Made by a program: the position numbers and the translations under genes
Part shown: piece by piece, positions 16,293 to 25,297 of the stretch
How positions within the stretch are numbered: the first letter of the stretch is position 1
Layout: each line of letters opens with the position of its first letter
Assembly: GCA_018714575.1 (NCBI GenBank)
Contig: DVNF01000078.1
Coordinates: forward strand, 1-27,425
Length of the DNA stretch: 27,425 nt
DNA from: Candidatus Stercoripulliclostridium merdigallinarum
GTDB taxonomy: Bacteria > Bacillota > Clostridia > Christensenellales > DTU072
Direction of reading: 5' to 3'
The notes under the pieces: model-generated
Databases searched by the model: none
Seen by the model: the letters and a program-made list of their open reading frames with translations, nothing else
Told to the model about the DNA's origin: nothing

Positions 16293-17033
16293 CTATAAGG
16301 TCACCGCCACCGAAATAACCGTAAAAGGATTGAACTCGGAATACAGCGCGTCCAATTCTTCGTCATAGGCGTTCACGCCGCCTATTCCGATATAGGTGAC
16401 AGGACGGACATATATTTTCCATACGCCGGAACGGTTTACGTAAAGCGACCAGCTTTCCAAGTCCGACAGCAGTATCGGCTGGACTTCGGGTATGCCCTCT
16501 TCGCCCGGCGCGGCAACTCCGATTTCGTAATTGGTCACCGTCCTATCCTCGCCCTTAAATCGGAATACGACGGGTTCCAGCGTCGATTTATCTACGGTCA
16601 GCACGCCGTTACCGGAATCTGTAAACTCGAAGGCTTCCATTTGAGGCAACACCAACGCGGGGACGGAGTAGTATTGCCATTCCCCCGTAGCGGATTTATC
16701 CCCTTTTACTGCGGTCAAGCGGTATTTCAACAGTCCTTTTACGCGGTCTATTCTGACCGAAAGTTCCGAAGTCTGCACGGAACTGATCGTGCCCGGAGCG
16801 TATTCGTTATATTCGTATTCCAAGATATAACTGTCCGCGTCGGACGCTTCCCACGAAAATATTATCGCATAACCGGGTTCAGCCGTCAACGACACAGTCG
16901 TTTCCGGCACCGAAGGGACCCTGTCGGCTAAGCCTAATCCCAAACCCAAGCCCAAGCCTAACGCAAGCGCAACGACGATTGCCGCGACGGTGATCACGGC
17001 AATCGTTTTCCTGCGTTTAATGCCGGTCGGCAT
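16293..17033 (-). CDS. Hypothetical membrane-anchored or secreted protein with a fibronectin-III-like beta domain
   Basis: Basic N-terminus and hydrophobic helix ending LGLGLGLGL. FSWEAS-DADSYILEY...YRLTAV resembles the FN3 W/Y pattern. TAAATG coupling to pfp with GGAG RBS. The fold call is tentative. Confidence 0.65.
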   Translation of the reverse strand: MPTGIKRRKTIAVITVAAIVVALALGLGLGLGLGLADRVPSVPETTVSLTAEPGYAIIFSWEASDADSYILEYEYNEYAPGTISSVQTSELSVRIDRVKGLLKYRLTAVKGDKSATGEWQYYSVPALVLPQMEAFEFTDSGNGVLTVDKSTLEPVVFRFKGEDRTVTNYEIGVAAPGEEGIPEVQPILLSDLESWSLYVNRSGVWKIYVRPVTYIGIGGVNAYDEELDALYSEFNPFTVISVAVTL

Positions 17034-18287
17034 TTACTTCTTCTCCACCAACACCTTTTTCAGGTTAGCGAACTTCGGCAGTCCGTCTTCCAGCGGCGAT
17101 TTAGAGGAGCCCTGGATCAACGGCAAAGCGTACTCTATATAATCTTCCGTCATGCCCGTGCCGTCGGGAGTGATCCATTCCAAAGGCACTTTCTTTTCGG
17201 TATTGGCAGCCAAAGAAACGGGAATGAGTTTATACTTGCACTTATATTTACCGGAGGACATATCGCGTTCGAAAGCCACCATTTTGTCGGTTTGACCCGC
17301 GCAAGCGGCTTTTACGGCTTTTCTGCCTGCCTCGAAAGCTTCCTTGATATCCGTGCCGGAAGCCAGGTGCGCGCCGCATCTTTGCATCAGGCTGAATTCG
17401 ATACCTCTGACCTTTACGCCGTAAGTACGGTTTACCAAATCGCTGAGTTGGATAGCCAAACCGCCTAATTGAGTATGACCGAAGCCGTCTTTGGCTTTTG
17501 CGCTGGACAGCGTTTCGACGATAAAGTTGCCGTCCTTATCGCGGATACCTTCGGAAACGCAAGCTATGCACTTGCCGTTGTTGGCGTCCATGACGCGTTT
17601 GACGTCGGCAAGGAATTTATCGACGTCAAAGGGGACCTCGGGCAAATAGATCAAGTCCGCGCCCAAGCCCTTGTATCCTGCCAAAGCGGCGGCGGCAGTC
17701 AGCCAACCGGCGTTTCTGCCCATGATTTCCACGACTGCTACCTGACCTTTGTCGTAAACTTTTGCGTCCAGGTTCAGCTCCATCAAAGTCGTTGCGACGT
17801 ATTTTGCGGCAGAGCCGTATCCGGGGCAGTGGTCGGTGCCGTACAGATCGTTGTCGATAGTCTTGGGTACGCCGATAACGTTGCAAGCGTAGCCCGCTTT
17901 CATCAAATACTTGGAAACTTTGTTGCAAGTATCCATAGAATCGTTGCCGCCGTTATAGAAGAAATACCTGATGTTATACTTTTGGAAAACTTCCAAAATA
18001 CGTTTGTAATCGGTATCGTCCAAAGCGGGATCTTTCAGTTTGTATCTAACGGAACCCAAGCTGGAAGAAGGAGTGTTCTTCAACAGCAACAGTTCGTCCA
18101 TGTCTTCTTGACCGATATCGTAAAAGTCCTCGTTCAGTATGCCTTTGATACCGTGTGCCGCACCGTAAACGGCAGTGATCTTATCCTGTTTCAAAGCCTC
18201 GATAAATACGCCTGCGGCGCTGGCATTGATGACCGAAGTGGGTCCACCGGATTGACCGAAAATACATGCTCCGACTAAGTTTTTCAT
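17034..18287 (-). CDS. pfp: PPi-dependent 6-phosphofructokinase (PfkA superfamily)
   Basis: GQSGGP, GGNDS (Asp at the phosphoryl-donor position), PKTIDND (Lys) and MGRNAGW. The D+K signature indicates PPi specificity. Confidence 0.87.
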   Translation of the reverse strand: MKNLVGACIFGQSGGPTSVINASAAGVFIEALKQDKITAVYGAAHGIKGILNEDFYDIGQEDMDELLLLKNTPSSSLGSVRYKLKDPALDDTDYKRILEVFQKYNIRYFFYNGGNDSMDTCNKVSKYLMKAGYACNVIGVPKTIDNDLYGTDHCPGYGSAAKYVATTLMELNLDAKVYDKGQVAVVEIMGRNAGWLTAAAALAGYKGLGADLIYLPEVPFDVDKFLADVKRVMDANNGKCIACVSEGIRDKDGNFIVETLSSAKAKDGFGHTQLGGLAIQLSDLVNRTYGVKVRGIEFSLMQRCGAHLASGTDIKEAFEAGRKAVKAACAGQTDKMVAFERDMSSGKYKCKYKLIPVSLAANTEKKVPLEWITPDGTGMTEDYIEYALPLIQGSSKSPLEDGLPKFANLKKVLVEKK

Positions 18288-18299
18288 ATTCTGTCTCCT

Positions 18300-19265
18300 T
18301 TAGAATGAAAGCCTGTTGGCAATTTCCATCATTTTTTCGTTGAATTGTTTCTTTATGCTTAACGCCTCTTCGATCTCGACGTCGACGATGACGTTATTTT
18401 TGATACCTATTACCCTGGAGGTAGCCGAATCTTCGTACAGCAATTCCACCGCTCTGTCCGCGCAACGCGCAGCCAAAACTCTGTCCGCCATGCTGGGAGT
18501 ACCGCCGCGCTGTATGTAACCCAATTTTACCGTGCGGATCGTGACGCCCGTCCTGTCGTGGATCTCGGCTTTTAATTGTTCGGCGCTGCAAACGCCCTCT
18601 GCCAAAACGATTATGTCGGAAACCTTGCCCTTGATAACGTTCCTGCGCATTTTTGCGCAAATTTCGTCGATGTTAAAGGGCAATTCGGGGACGATGATGC
18701 TTTCCGCGCCGCCTGCCATTCCCGAATACAAAGCTATGTCGCCGCAATGCCTGCCCATAACCTCGATTATGCAGGCACGGTCGTGCGAAGTCATAGTATC
18801 GCGGATCTTATTCAGTGCGTCCAACACGGTGTTTACCGCCGTATCGAATCCCAAAGTAAAATCGGTATATCCCAAGTCGTTATCGATGGTGCCGGGAATA
18901 CCCATACAGACTATTCCGCATAATTGCGACAGATCCTTCATACCCCTGAACGAACCGTCGCCGCCGATTACCACCAAGCCTTCTATGCCGTAAGCTTTCA
19001 ACACGTCGCCGCCCTTTTTGATACCCTCTTCGGTTTCGAATTCGGGGCAACGCGCCGTCTTTAATATGGTACCGCCCTTTTGAATGGTGTCGGATACGGA
19101 ACGCGAATCCATTCTGAAGATATTACCCTTGATCAAACCGTCATAGCCGCGCTCGATCCCGTATACTTCCATGCCGCGGCTGGAAGCGCAACGCACTACT
19201 CCGCGGATAGCCGCGTTCATGCCCGGTGCGTCGCCGCCGCTAGTTAAAACTGCTATTTTCCTCAT
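18300..19265 (-). CDS. pfkA: ATP-dependent 6-phosphofructokinase
   Basis: TSGGDAPGMNAA, IGGDGS (Gly), PGTIDND (Gly), EVMGRHCG and GYIQRGG. The G+G signature indicates ATP specificity. Confidence 0.96.
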   Translation of the reverse strand: MRKIAVLTSGGDAPGMNAAIRGVVRCASSRGMEVYGIERGYDGLIKGNIFRMDSRSVSDTIQKGGTILKTARCPEFETEEGIKKGGDVLKAYGIEGLVVIGGDGSFRGMKDLSQLCGIVCMGIPGTIDNDLGYTDFTLGFDTAVNTVLDALNKIRDTMTSHDRACIIEVMGRHCGDIALYSGMAGGAESIIVPELPFNIDEICAKMRRNVIKGKVSDIIVLAEGVCSAEQLKAEIHDRTGVTIRTVKLGYIQRGGTPSMADRVLAARCADRAVELLYEDSATSRVIGIKNNVIVDVEIEEALSIKKQFNEKMMEIANRLSF

Positions 19266-19306
19266 ATAGTTACTCCGATAATTTGCTTATAATTTCTCTA
19301 TTTGCT

Positions 19307-20563
19307 CTATTTTCTGAGTTGTCCGTTGCCCGTGACCACATATTTTACGCTGGTCAGTTCTTTCAAACCTATAGGTCCGCGTACATGCAGTTTTTGGGTA
19401 CTGATGCCCATTTCTGCGCCCAAACCGAGTTCAAAGCCGTCGGTAAACCTGGTCGAAGCGTTGATATATATCGCGCCCGAATCGACTTCCTTCGAAAACC
19501 TTTCGGCTTTTGCCGGATCCGACGTCAAAATGGCGTCGCTGTGATTGGTGCCGTATTTGTTGATATGCTCTATGGCTTCCGTAAGGTCGCGAACGACTTT
19601 GACCTTTATGATCATGTCGTCGTATTCCTTTGAAAACTCGTCCTCGCCTACCTCGATACAATCGGGGAAGATCGATTTGACCTCCGCCGTGCCGCGTATC
19701 TCGACGCCTGCCGCTTGCAAAGCCTCCAAGATCGGGGGCAGGAATTTAGCAGCGGCGCTCCTTTCCACCAAAACCGTTTCCAAAGCGTTGCAAGTTGACG
19801 GACGGTTGGTCTTTGCGTTCAAGATGACCGAAACCGCCATATTTAAATCGGCGTCCGCCGCTACGTAAGTGTGGCAGTTGCCGCCGGCAGAAGCTATTAC
19901 AGGCATGGTAGCGTTTTCCAAAACCACCTTTTTCAAAGCGTTGCCGCCGCGCGGTATAGCTACGTCGATGTACTTGTCGTAACTTAACATTTCGGCTACC
20001 GCCGCACGGTCTTCCGGATCTATCAACCCGACGATCTCTTCGGGAAGTCCGTTGATTTTCAACGCCTCTTTCATGCAATCTACCAAAATTTTAACCGATT
20101 CCGCCGAATCGCGCGAACCGCGCAGTACGACTCCGTTACCGGATTTTATACATAACGCCGCCGCGTCCACCGAAACGTTGGGGCGCGCTTCGAATATGAT
20201 TCCGATAACGCCCAAAGGCGCCCTGACCTTTTTTACGTCCAAGCCGTTTTTCAAAGTGTAATGTTCGACGACTTCGCCTACGGGATCGCCCAAAGCCGCC
20301 ACCGCGTCCAAGCCCTCGCCGATACCTTGTATCCTGGCTTCGGTCAATGCAAGTCTGTCGATAAACGCTGCGTTCCTGCCGATCTGACGCGCCTTTTCGA
20401 TATCCTTTGCATTAGCGGCCAGGATTTCGCCGGTCTTTGCGAAAATCAGCTCTTTTGCCTTATTCAATACGGCGTTTTTGACCGACGTGCTTGCGGAAGC
20501 AAGCGCTACGGAAGCTTCTTTTGCGCCTTTACAGATTTTTTCAACGACGCTGATTTCAGTCAT
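19307..20563 (-). CDS. proA: Gamma-glutamyl phosphate reductase
   Basis: [37 protein letters not shown]-like and [11 protein letters not shown] motifs. True start ATG 20563 (MTEISVV) after GAGGAGG, overlapping the yebC stop. Confidence 0.95.
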   Translation of the reverse strand: MTEISVVEKICKGAKEASVALASASTSVKNAVLNKAKELIFAKTGEILAANAKDIEKARQIGRNAAFIDRLALTEARIQGIGEGLDAVAALGDPVGEVVEHYTLKNGLDVKKVRAPLGVIGIIFEARPNVSVDAAALCIKSGNGVVLRGSRDSAESVKILVDCMKEALKINGLPEEIVGLIDPEDRAAVAEMLSYDKYIDVAIPRGGNALKKVVLENATMPVIASAGGNCHTYVAADADLNMAVSVILNAKTNRPSTCNALETVLVERSAAAKFLPPILEALQAAGVEIRGTAEVKSIFPDCIEVGEDEFSKEYDDMIIKVKVVRDLTEAIEHINKYGTNHSDAILTSDPAKAERFSKEVDSGAIYINASTRFTDGFELGLGAEMGISTQKLHVRGPIGLKELTSVKYVVTGNGQLRK

Positions 20564-21290
20564 CTTCTTCCTCCTCGGGAAGTACGGCGTTATGATATAC
20601 GTTTTGGACGTCGTCAAGCTCTTCCAACATATCGATCAGCTTTTGAACGCTTTGCAAATGCGTTCCGGGATCGATTTCGTTGTCGGCTATCATGTCGACG
20701 TCGGCGCTTAGAACGTTGACTCCGGCTGCCTTTAATTTGTCGGAAACCGTGTACAAATCGTTGGGAGCGGTGTAAATTTCGAACACGTCGTCATCGGCTA
20801 CGATATCTTCGGCGCCGGCGTCCAACGCGACCATCATCAGTTCGTCCTCGTCCATGGTCTTGTCGGCGATAATGACTCCGCGTTTGTTGAACATATATGA
20901 AACGCAGCCCGTTTGTCCCAACGAACCGCCGTATTTATCGAACAAATGCCTGACGTCGCCCGCGGTACGGTTTCTGTTATCGGTCAGCGTTTCGACGATC
21001 ATAGCTACGCCGCCCGCGCCGTATCCTTCGTAAGTAATGGATTCGTAGTTGACTCCGCCCAATTCTCCCGAAGCCTTTTTAATGGAACGGTTGATGTTGT
21101 CGTTGGGCATATTGTTTTGTTTTGCCTTTGCGATAACGTCCCTTAATTTCGAGTTGCTGTTGGGGTCGGGTCCGCCCGCCTTTACGGCGACTGCGATTTC
21201 TCTGCCTATCTTTGTGAATACCGAGCCGCGTTGAGCGTCGGTCTTGCCTTTTTTTATTTTAATGTTTGCCCACTTTGAATGACCGGACAT
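20556..21290 (-). CDS. yebC: YebC/PmpR family protein
   Basis: [24 protein letters not shown] and DDVQNVYHN motifs. Confidence 0.97.
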   Translation of the reverse strand: MSGHSKWANIKIKKGKTDAQRGSVFTKIGREIAVAVKAGGPDPNSNSKLRDVIAKAKQNNMPNDNINRSIKKASGELGGVNYESITYEGYGAGGVAMIVETLTDNRNRTAGDVRHLFDKYGGSLGQTGCVSYMFNKRGVIIADKTMDEDELMMVALDAGAEDIVADDDVFEIYTAPNDLYTVSDKLKAAGVNVLSADVDMIADNEIDPGTHLQSVQKLIDMLEELDDVQNVYHNAVLPEEEEDD

Positions 21291-21302
21291 AAATACCTCC
21301 GA

Positions 21303-22058
21303 TTAATTGATGTGTTTTTCCGCCACCCACGACATGGCTATGGAAACGGCTACGGCAGCGTTCAGGCTTTCGGTTTCCCCGGGCATCGGTATGCCCAAGG
21401 TAACGCCCGATACGGCTCTGAGTTCCGTTGAAACGCCGCGCGCTTCGGAACCTACCGTCAACGCGAGCTTCCCTTTCGGAGTCCACTCGTATAAGTTTTC
21501 GCCGCCCATATCCAAAATGACGGGAGTAAAGTTATACTTATTAATAATATCGATTGCCCGCGCGCGCGTGCAAACTATGAAATTCGCACCGAAAATACCG
21601 CCCATAGTCGACCTGACGACTTTGGGATCGAAAGCGTCGCAGCAATCTGTCAAAATCGCATCCTTTATACCGAAAGCGGCGCACGACCTGATTATCGTAC
21701 CCATGTTCCCTGGATCGGATATGCCGTCCAACACGCAAATTACGTCGCCGACAATTTCACGCTCCTCCGGGATTTTAGCCACCGCCAAAATCCCCTGGGA
21801 ATGTTCGGTCAAGGACATCCTTTCGAAAATTTCCCGACGGACGACGTTTACTTCGACGTCCGAACGGGTAAATTCCGATAAATATTTTTCCTGTTTGTCG
21901 GAAGCGATAAATACTTCCTTTAACGCGTCATTCGGCGCCGAAAAAACCGCCCGCTCCCCTTCTATCAAAAACAGCCGATTTTCTTTTCGCGCTTTTTTGT
22001 TTCCCAGGCTACGGATAAGCTTGACTTTTTCGTTCTGTGCCGAAGTGATTACGTTCAT
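21303..22058 (-). CDS. TrmH/SpoU family RNA 2'-O-methyltransferase
   Basis: LDGISDPGNMGTIIRS, VGSEARGVS and ESLNAAVA motifs, plus the N-terminal ITSAQNEKVK domain. Same position as Firmicute genes downstream of rplT. Confidence 0.93.
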   Translation of the reverse strand: MNVITSAQNEKVKLIRSLGNKKARKENRLFLIEGERAVFSAPNDALKEVFIASDKQEKYLSEFTRSDVEVNVVRREIFERMSLTEHSQGILAVAKIPEEREIVGDVICVLDGISDPGNMGTIIRSCAAFGIKDAILTDCCDAFDPKVVRSTMGGIFGANFIVCTRARAIDIINKYNFTPVILDMGGENLYEWTPKGKLALTVGSEARGVSTELRAVSGVTLGIPMPGETESLNAAVAVSIAMSWVAEKHIN

Positions 22059-22087
22059 ATAAGGAAAGAAGCCTCTCGGGGCTTCTT
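22059..22087 (-). terminator. Intrinsic terminator after rplT
   Basis: AAGAAGCC-CCGAGA-GGCTTCTT followed by TCCTTAT; the stem begins in the rplT stop codon. Confidence 0.6.
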
Positions 22088-22442
22088 AGTTATTAATAGC
22101 AGCTTTGGCTTTTTCGCAAAGACCGGTAAAGGCTTTGGCGTCGGAAACGGCGATCTCGGCCAGGACTTTGCGGTTCAAATCGATACCGGCGACTTTCAGT
22201 CCGTGCATCAGACGGGAATAAGACATATCGTTCATTCTGGCTGCGGCGTTGATACGCGCGATCCACAGCTTTCTGAAATCTCTCTTCTTCAAACGTCTGC
22301 CGACATAAGCGTATTGACCGGACTTCATTACGGCTTGGCGTGCTACTCTGTACAATTTGCTCTTTGCGCCGAAGTAGCCTTTCGCCATGCGCATTATCTT
22401 TCTTTTCTTCTTTTGTGCGTTAACAGCTCTTTTAATTCTCAT
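22086..22442 (-). CDS. rplT: 50S ribosomal protein L20
   Basis: AKGYFGAKS...[21 protein letters not shown]...[11 protein letters not shown]. Confidence 0.99.
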   Translation of the reverse strand: MRIKRAVNAQKKKRKIMRMAKGYFGAKSKLYRVARQAVMKSGQYAYVGRRLKKRDFRKLWIARINAAARMNDMSYSRLMHGLKVAGIDLNRKVLAEIAVSDAKAFTGLCEKAKAAINN

Positions 22443-22455
22443 CTGGGATTACCTC

Positions 22456-22656
22456 CTACTTCTGACCGTAAATCATGTTGGCAACGGTTTTTGCTTGCGC
22501 TTGATCGATGTATGCGCCTTGCCTCAAATTTCTTTTACGTTTACGGGTCTTCTTGTTCAAGATGTGGTTCTTGTTCTGCTTATTTCTTTTCAACAGTCCG
22601 TTAGCTGTGAATCTGAAACGTTTTTTGCTGGCGCTGTGCGTTTTTTGTTTAGGCAT
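22456..22656 (-). CDS. rpmI: 50S ribosomal protein L35
   Basis: MPKQKTHSASKKRF...HIL.KKTRKRKRNLR. Confidence 0.98.
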   Translation of the reverse strand: MPKQKTHSASKKRFRFTANGLLKRNKQNKNHILNKKTRKRKRNLRQGAYIDQAQAKTVANMIYGQK

Positions 22657-22668
22657 TGTTCCTCTCCT

Positions 22669-23184
22669 TTATTTTTTTGCCGGGGCCAGAATCATCATGA
22701 TGATTGCGGGACTTTCCTGTTTAGGCTCCTTTTCCATCATAGCCGATTCCTTGACCATATCGAAAAACCTGTTCATGACTTCCATCGAAATTTCGGGATG
22801 AGCCTTTTGCCTGCCGCGCATCCTTATAACGACTTTGACTTTGCAACCTTCCTGCAAAAATTCGATCGTGCGCTTGGCTTTGACTTTGATATCGCCGATA
22901 TCGATGGTCTGACTGAGCTGGACTTCTTTTACTTTAATGACGCTGGACTTCTTTTTGTCCTCTTTGTCTTTGCGGATTTGATCGTAACGGTATTTGCTGT
23001 AATTTAACAATTTGCATACCGGCGGCTTTGCGGCAGGTGAAAACAAAACCAAATCCAAATTCTTGTCATCTGCCATTCTTTGCGCTTCCGCGATGGGAAC
23101 GATACCTATCATGGAACCGTTCTCGTCAATCAAACGTACTTCCGGGACACGTATTTGCGTGTTAGTTAGAAGCTCTTTGAAAAT
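22669..23184 (-). CDS. infC: Translation initiation factor IF-3, ATT start codon
   Basis: Homology extends 17 codons upstream of the ORF-track start (FKELLTNTQIRVPEVRLIDENG). An in-frame ATT at 23184 sits 8 nt after AAGGAGG. Confidence 0.95.
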   Translation of the reverse strand: MFKELLTNTQIRVPEVRLIDENGSMIGIVPIAEAQRMADDKNLDLVLFSPAAKPPVCKLLNYSKYRYDQIRKDKEDKKKSSVIKVKEVQLSQTIDIGDIKVKAKRTIEFLQEGCKVKVVIRMRGRQKAHPEISMEVMNRFFDMVKESAMMEKEPKQESPAIIMMILAPAKK

Positions 23185-23232
23185 ATTTCCGTCCTCCTTG
23201 TTTTTCGCCCGCAGGCGGTGATTTTTATTTAT

Positions 23233-23365
23233 AAAAGAAAATGTGTTTCAACATGGAAACACATCTCACCACAAGCCGCATACGCTACATCAGTAGGCAC
23301 ACGGATTATCGATATATTGTTGACCGCTTCGGTTACCTTGCGGTGAGATGAATATCTTCTTTATG
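23233..23365 (-). ncRNA. L20 leader (ribosomal-protein autoregulatory attenuator)
   Basis: AGAAG...CATCTCACC (23342-23350) pairs with GGTGAGATG (23262-23270), which overlaps the terminator ATGTGTTTC-CATGTT-GAAACACAT-TTTCTTTT. This matches the known architecture upstream of Firmicute infC. Ends are approximate. Confidence 0.85.
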
Positions 23366-23370
23366 CTAAT

Positions 23371-23399
23371 ATTATATATGTATCAAAAACCGTTGTCAA
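23371..23399 (-). promoter_or_regulatory. Consensus sigma-A promoter of infC-rpmI-rplT (TTGACA-N17-TATAAT)
   Basis: Perfect hexamers with a 17-nt spacer and an AT-rich upstream region. Confidence 0.92.
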
Positions 23400-23565
23400 A
23401 CAATTTTCCGCGCTTTTATATATTAAATATATAATTTTTATATACCGTATATATACGGTTTATCCGAACGCCGAAACCATACGGCATAATAACGACCCGT
23501 GCAACGACACGGGCCATCATGCAGCCTATATTATCGTTTGATAGGTTATGTACCGAATTTGTATG

Positions 23566-24150
23566 TTATCTGCGATACTTGTTGAAGATCGAGTTGCCGT
23601 CGACAACGCGTTTGATCTCGTTCAGATATTCGTTTTCGGTAGTCGGAGCCTTTGCGGCAACGGGCTTCGGAGCGCGTTTCTTTTGTTGCTTCATCGCCGG
23701 AGCGGTGTAGCCTTCGCGCAACGCCGAGGTGGGAACGGTAATGAAATCGGTATATGCGTATTCGTATTTGTTCGGTTGAACGTTAATATCGTATACGTCG
23801 ATACCTTTGGATTTCAACAGATCGATAACGGGGAGGATATCGCCTTCGCCGGTGATCAAGCCTACCGCGTCGATGTTGCCCAAAGCGGCTATGTCGGCGG
23901 CGTCGATGACCTGACGGCAATCCAATTTGTTACGGCGACGGGAATCGCTGGGCAGCGACGTCGCAAATCCGTTGGCGGAAATGTATTCGTTATAGTCACG
24001 GTTTCTCTTCGCTACGTAAGAGTAGAACTTGCAAGTGGCTATTTCGAACCTGGATTCCAGGTTTTTAACGATCTGTTTGAAGCCGTTGCAGGTAATCTTC
24101 AAGCTGCCGATATCGGCAAGAATGATCATTTTGGGCTTTGAATTATTCAT
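23566..24150 (-). CDS. NYN/LabA-DUF88 (PIN-like) domain protein
   Basis: IILADIG...NKLDCRQVIDA...DAVGLITGEGDILPVIDLLKSKGIDV follows the NYN pattern. Start ATG 24150 after GGAGG; the ORF-track upstream extension overlaps ogg and looks spurious. Confidence 0.75.
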   Translation of the reverse strand: MNNSKPKMIILADIGSLKITCNGFKQIVKNLESRFEIATCKFYSYVAKRNRDYNEYISANGFATSLPSDSRRRNKLDCRQVIDAADIAALGNIDAVGLITGEGDILPVIDLLKSKGIDVYDINVQPNKYEYAYTDFITVPTSALREGYTAPAMKQQKKRAPKPVAAKAPTTENEYLNEIKRVVDGNSIFNKYRR

Positions 24151-24178
24151 CACAATTCCTCCGTAAAGGTTATATATT

Positions 24179-25006
24179 TTATGGATTCTCCCTGGCGTAA
24201 TAGTATAGATATTGTTGGGCATAACCCGCCAATTCTCCAAACTGTTCCGACAGTTTATCCGCAATGTATACGGCGCTTTTTCCCGCTTCTCCGCCGATTT
24301 TCGGATAGATCTTTTCTATCCAAGTGTCCACCGGAAAAGCTTCCGTCCTGTGATACCCGAACAACAGAATACAATCCGCGACCTTTCTGCCTACGCCCGT
24401 CAAAGTCATTAAATGCTTCCTGGCGTCCTTCAGCGGCATATTGCCTATATCCAGATTGAATCCTTCGCGTATCGCGCCTATGGTTTTCACCAAATACTCA
24501 GCCCTGTAACCTGCACCCAGATCTTTGAAAAATCCTGCATTTTCGGTTGCCAAAGCATCCAACGTCGGGAATGCGTACCCTTCCGATATCTTTTCCCCTT
24601 TCGCCCTGCACATCCTTTCGATTATGCCTTTGATCCTGGGGATATTGTTGTTGGCGGAGATGATAAAAGACAGTATCATCTCGAAGGGATCTTGATTCAA
24701 AATGCGCACTCCGGAACCGTAACCAATGGCTTCGTTCATCAAAGAGTATCCCGAAAGGCGCCTTTTGATATCCCCGTAATCGCGTTCCAAATCGAAATAG
24801 TTTACGAAGTAATCCGCATCCTTTGAATCTATTGTAACATAGCCCGGTATATAAATCAAGCTACAAAATGATTTTTTAGAAAAAATTTTGTAGCCTGAAT
24901 CCGAGTTTAGGTACCTGAAAACCTGCCCACATTCCAAAATGTGTTTCGGAAGGAATTCCGAGGTATCGTCTATTAAGATTTTACCGCATGAAATATTATA
25001 CTTCAT
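24179..25006 (-). CDS. 8-oxoguanine DNA glycosylase/AP lyase (OGG1-like, HhH-GPD)
   Basis: ILECGQVFR, RILNQDPFE, ISANNNIPRI, HhH motif LTGVGRKVADC (Lys) and FPVDTW (Asp). Confidence 0.92.
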   Translation of the reverse strand: MKYNISCGKILIDDTSEFLPKHILECGQVFRYLNSDSGYKIFSKKSFCSLIYIPGYVTIDSKDADYFVNYFDLERDYGDIKRRLSGYSLMNEAIGYGSGVRILNQDPFEMILSFIISANNNIPRIKGIIERMCRAKGEKISEGYAFPTLDALATENAGFFKDLGAGYRAEYLVKTIGAIREGFNLDIGNMPLKDARKHLMTLTGVGRKVADCILLFGYHRTEAFPVDTWIEKIYPKIGGEAGKSAVYIADKLSEQFGELAGYAQQYLYYYARENP

Positions 25007-25018
25007 TCGGTTGTCAAG

Positions 25019-25297
25019 TTATGCTTCTACTTGATAAACACTGACTTTTTTGTCGTAACGACCCATGCGTTCAAAACGAACCACACCGTCTATCAGCGCA
25101 AACAAAGTGTCGTCCTTGCCGATGCCGACGTTGGTACCGGGATGAACTTTCGTGCCGCGTTGTCTGACAAGAATGTTGCCTGCCAACACGAACTGCCCGT
25201 CGGATCTTTTGGGTCCCAGGCGTTGCGCATGAGAATCACGTCCGTTTTTAGAGCTGCCGGATCCTTTTTTATGTGCAAATAATTGAAGTTTAATCAT
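25019..25297 (-). CDS. rpmA: 50S ribosomal protein L27 with a Prp-cleaved N-terminal extension
   Basis: [22 protein letters not shown] and DDTLFAL motifs. Confidence 0.99.
   Translation of the reverse strand: MIKLQLFAHKKGSGSSKNGRDSHAQRLGPKRSDGQFVLAGNILVRQRGTKVHPGTNVGIGKDDTLFALIDGVVRFERMGRYDKKVSVYQVEA

Noticed and set aside
17469-18278. 269-aa plus-strand ORF, plus similar long antisense ORFs (2284-3033, 5888-6586, 15568-16134, 21307-22062, 22387-23007, 23548-24141, 25898-26707)
   Set aside because: They lie antisense to well-supported genes, have no recognisable motifs or RBS, and are expected shadows of codon bias.
19307-20563. proA without an adjacent proB
   Set aside because: Split proB/proA arrangements are common, and the rest of the genome is not visible.
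20564-20617. ORF-track N-terminal extension of proA (and 24151-24264 of the NYN gene)
   Set aside because: The extensions overlap upstream genes. Strong SD sequences support the downstream ATGs at 20563 and 24150.
24993-25017. Perfect TTGACA and TATAAT hexamers around the ogg start
   Set aside because: The spacer is 11 nt, incompatible with sigma-A, and the following ATG is out of frame with an immediate stop.
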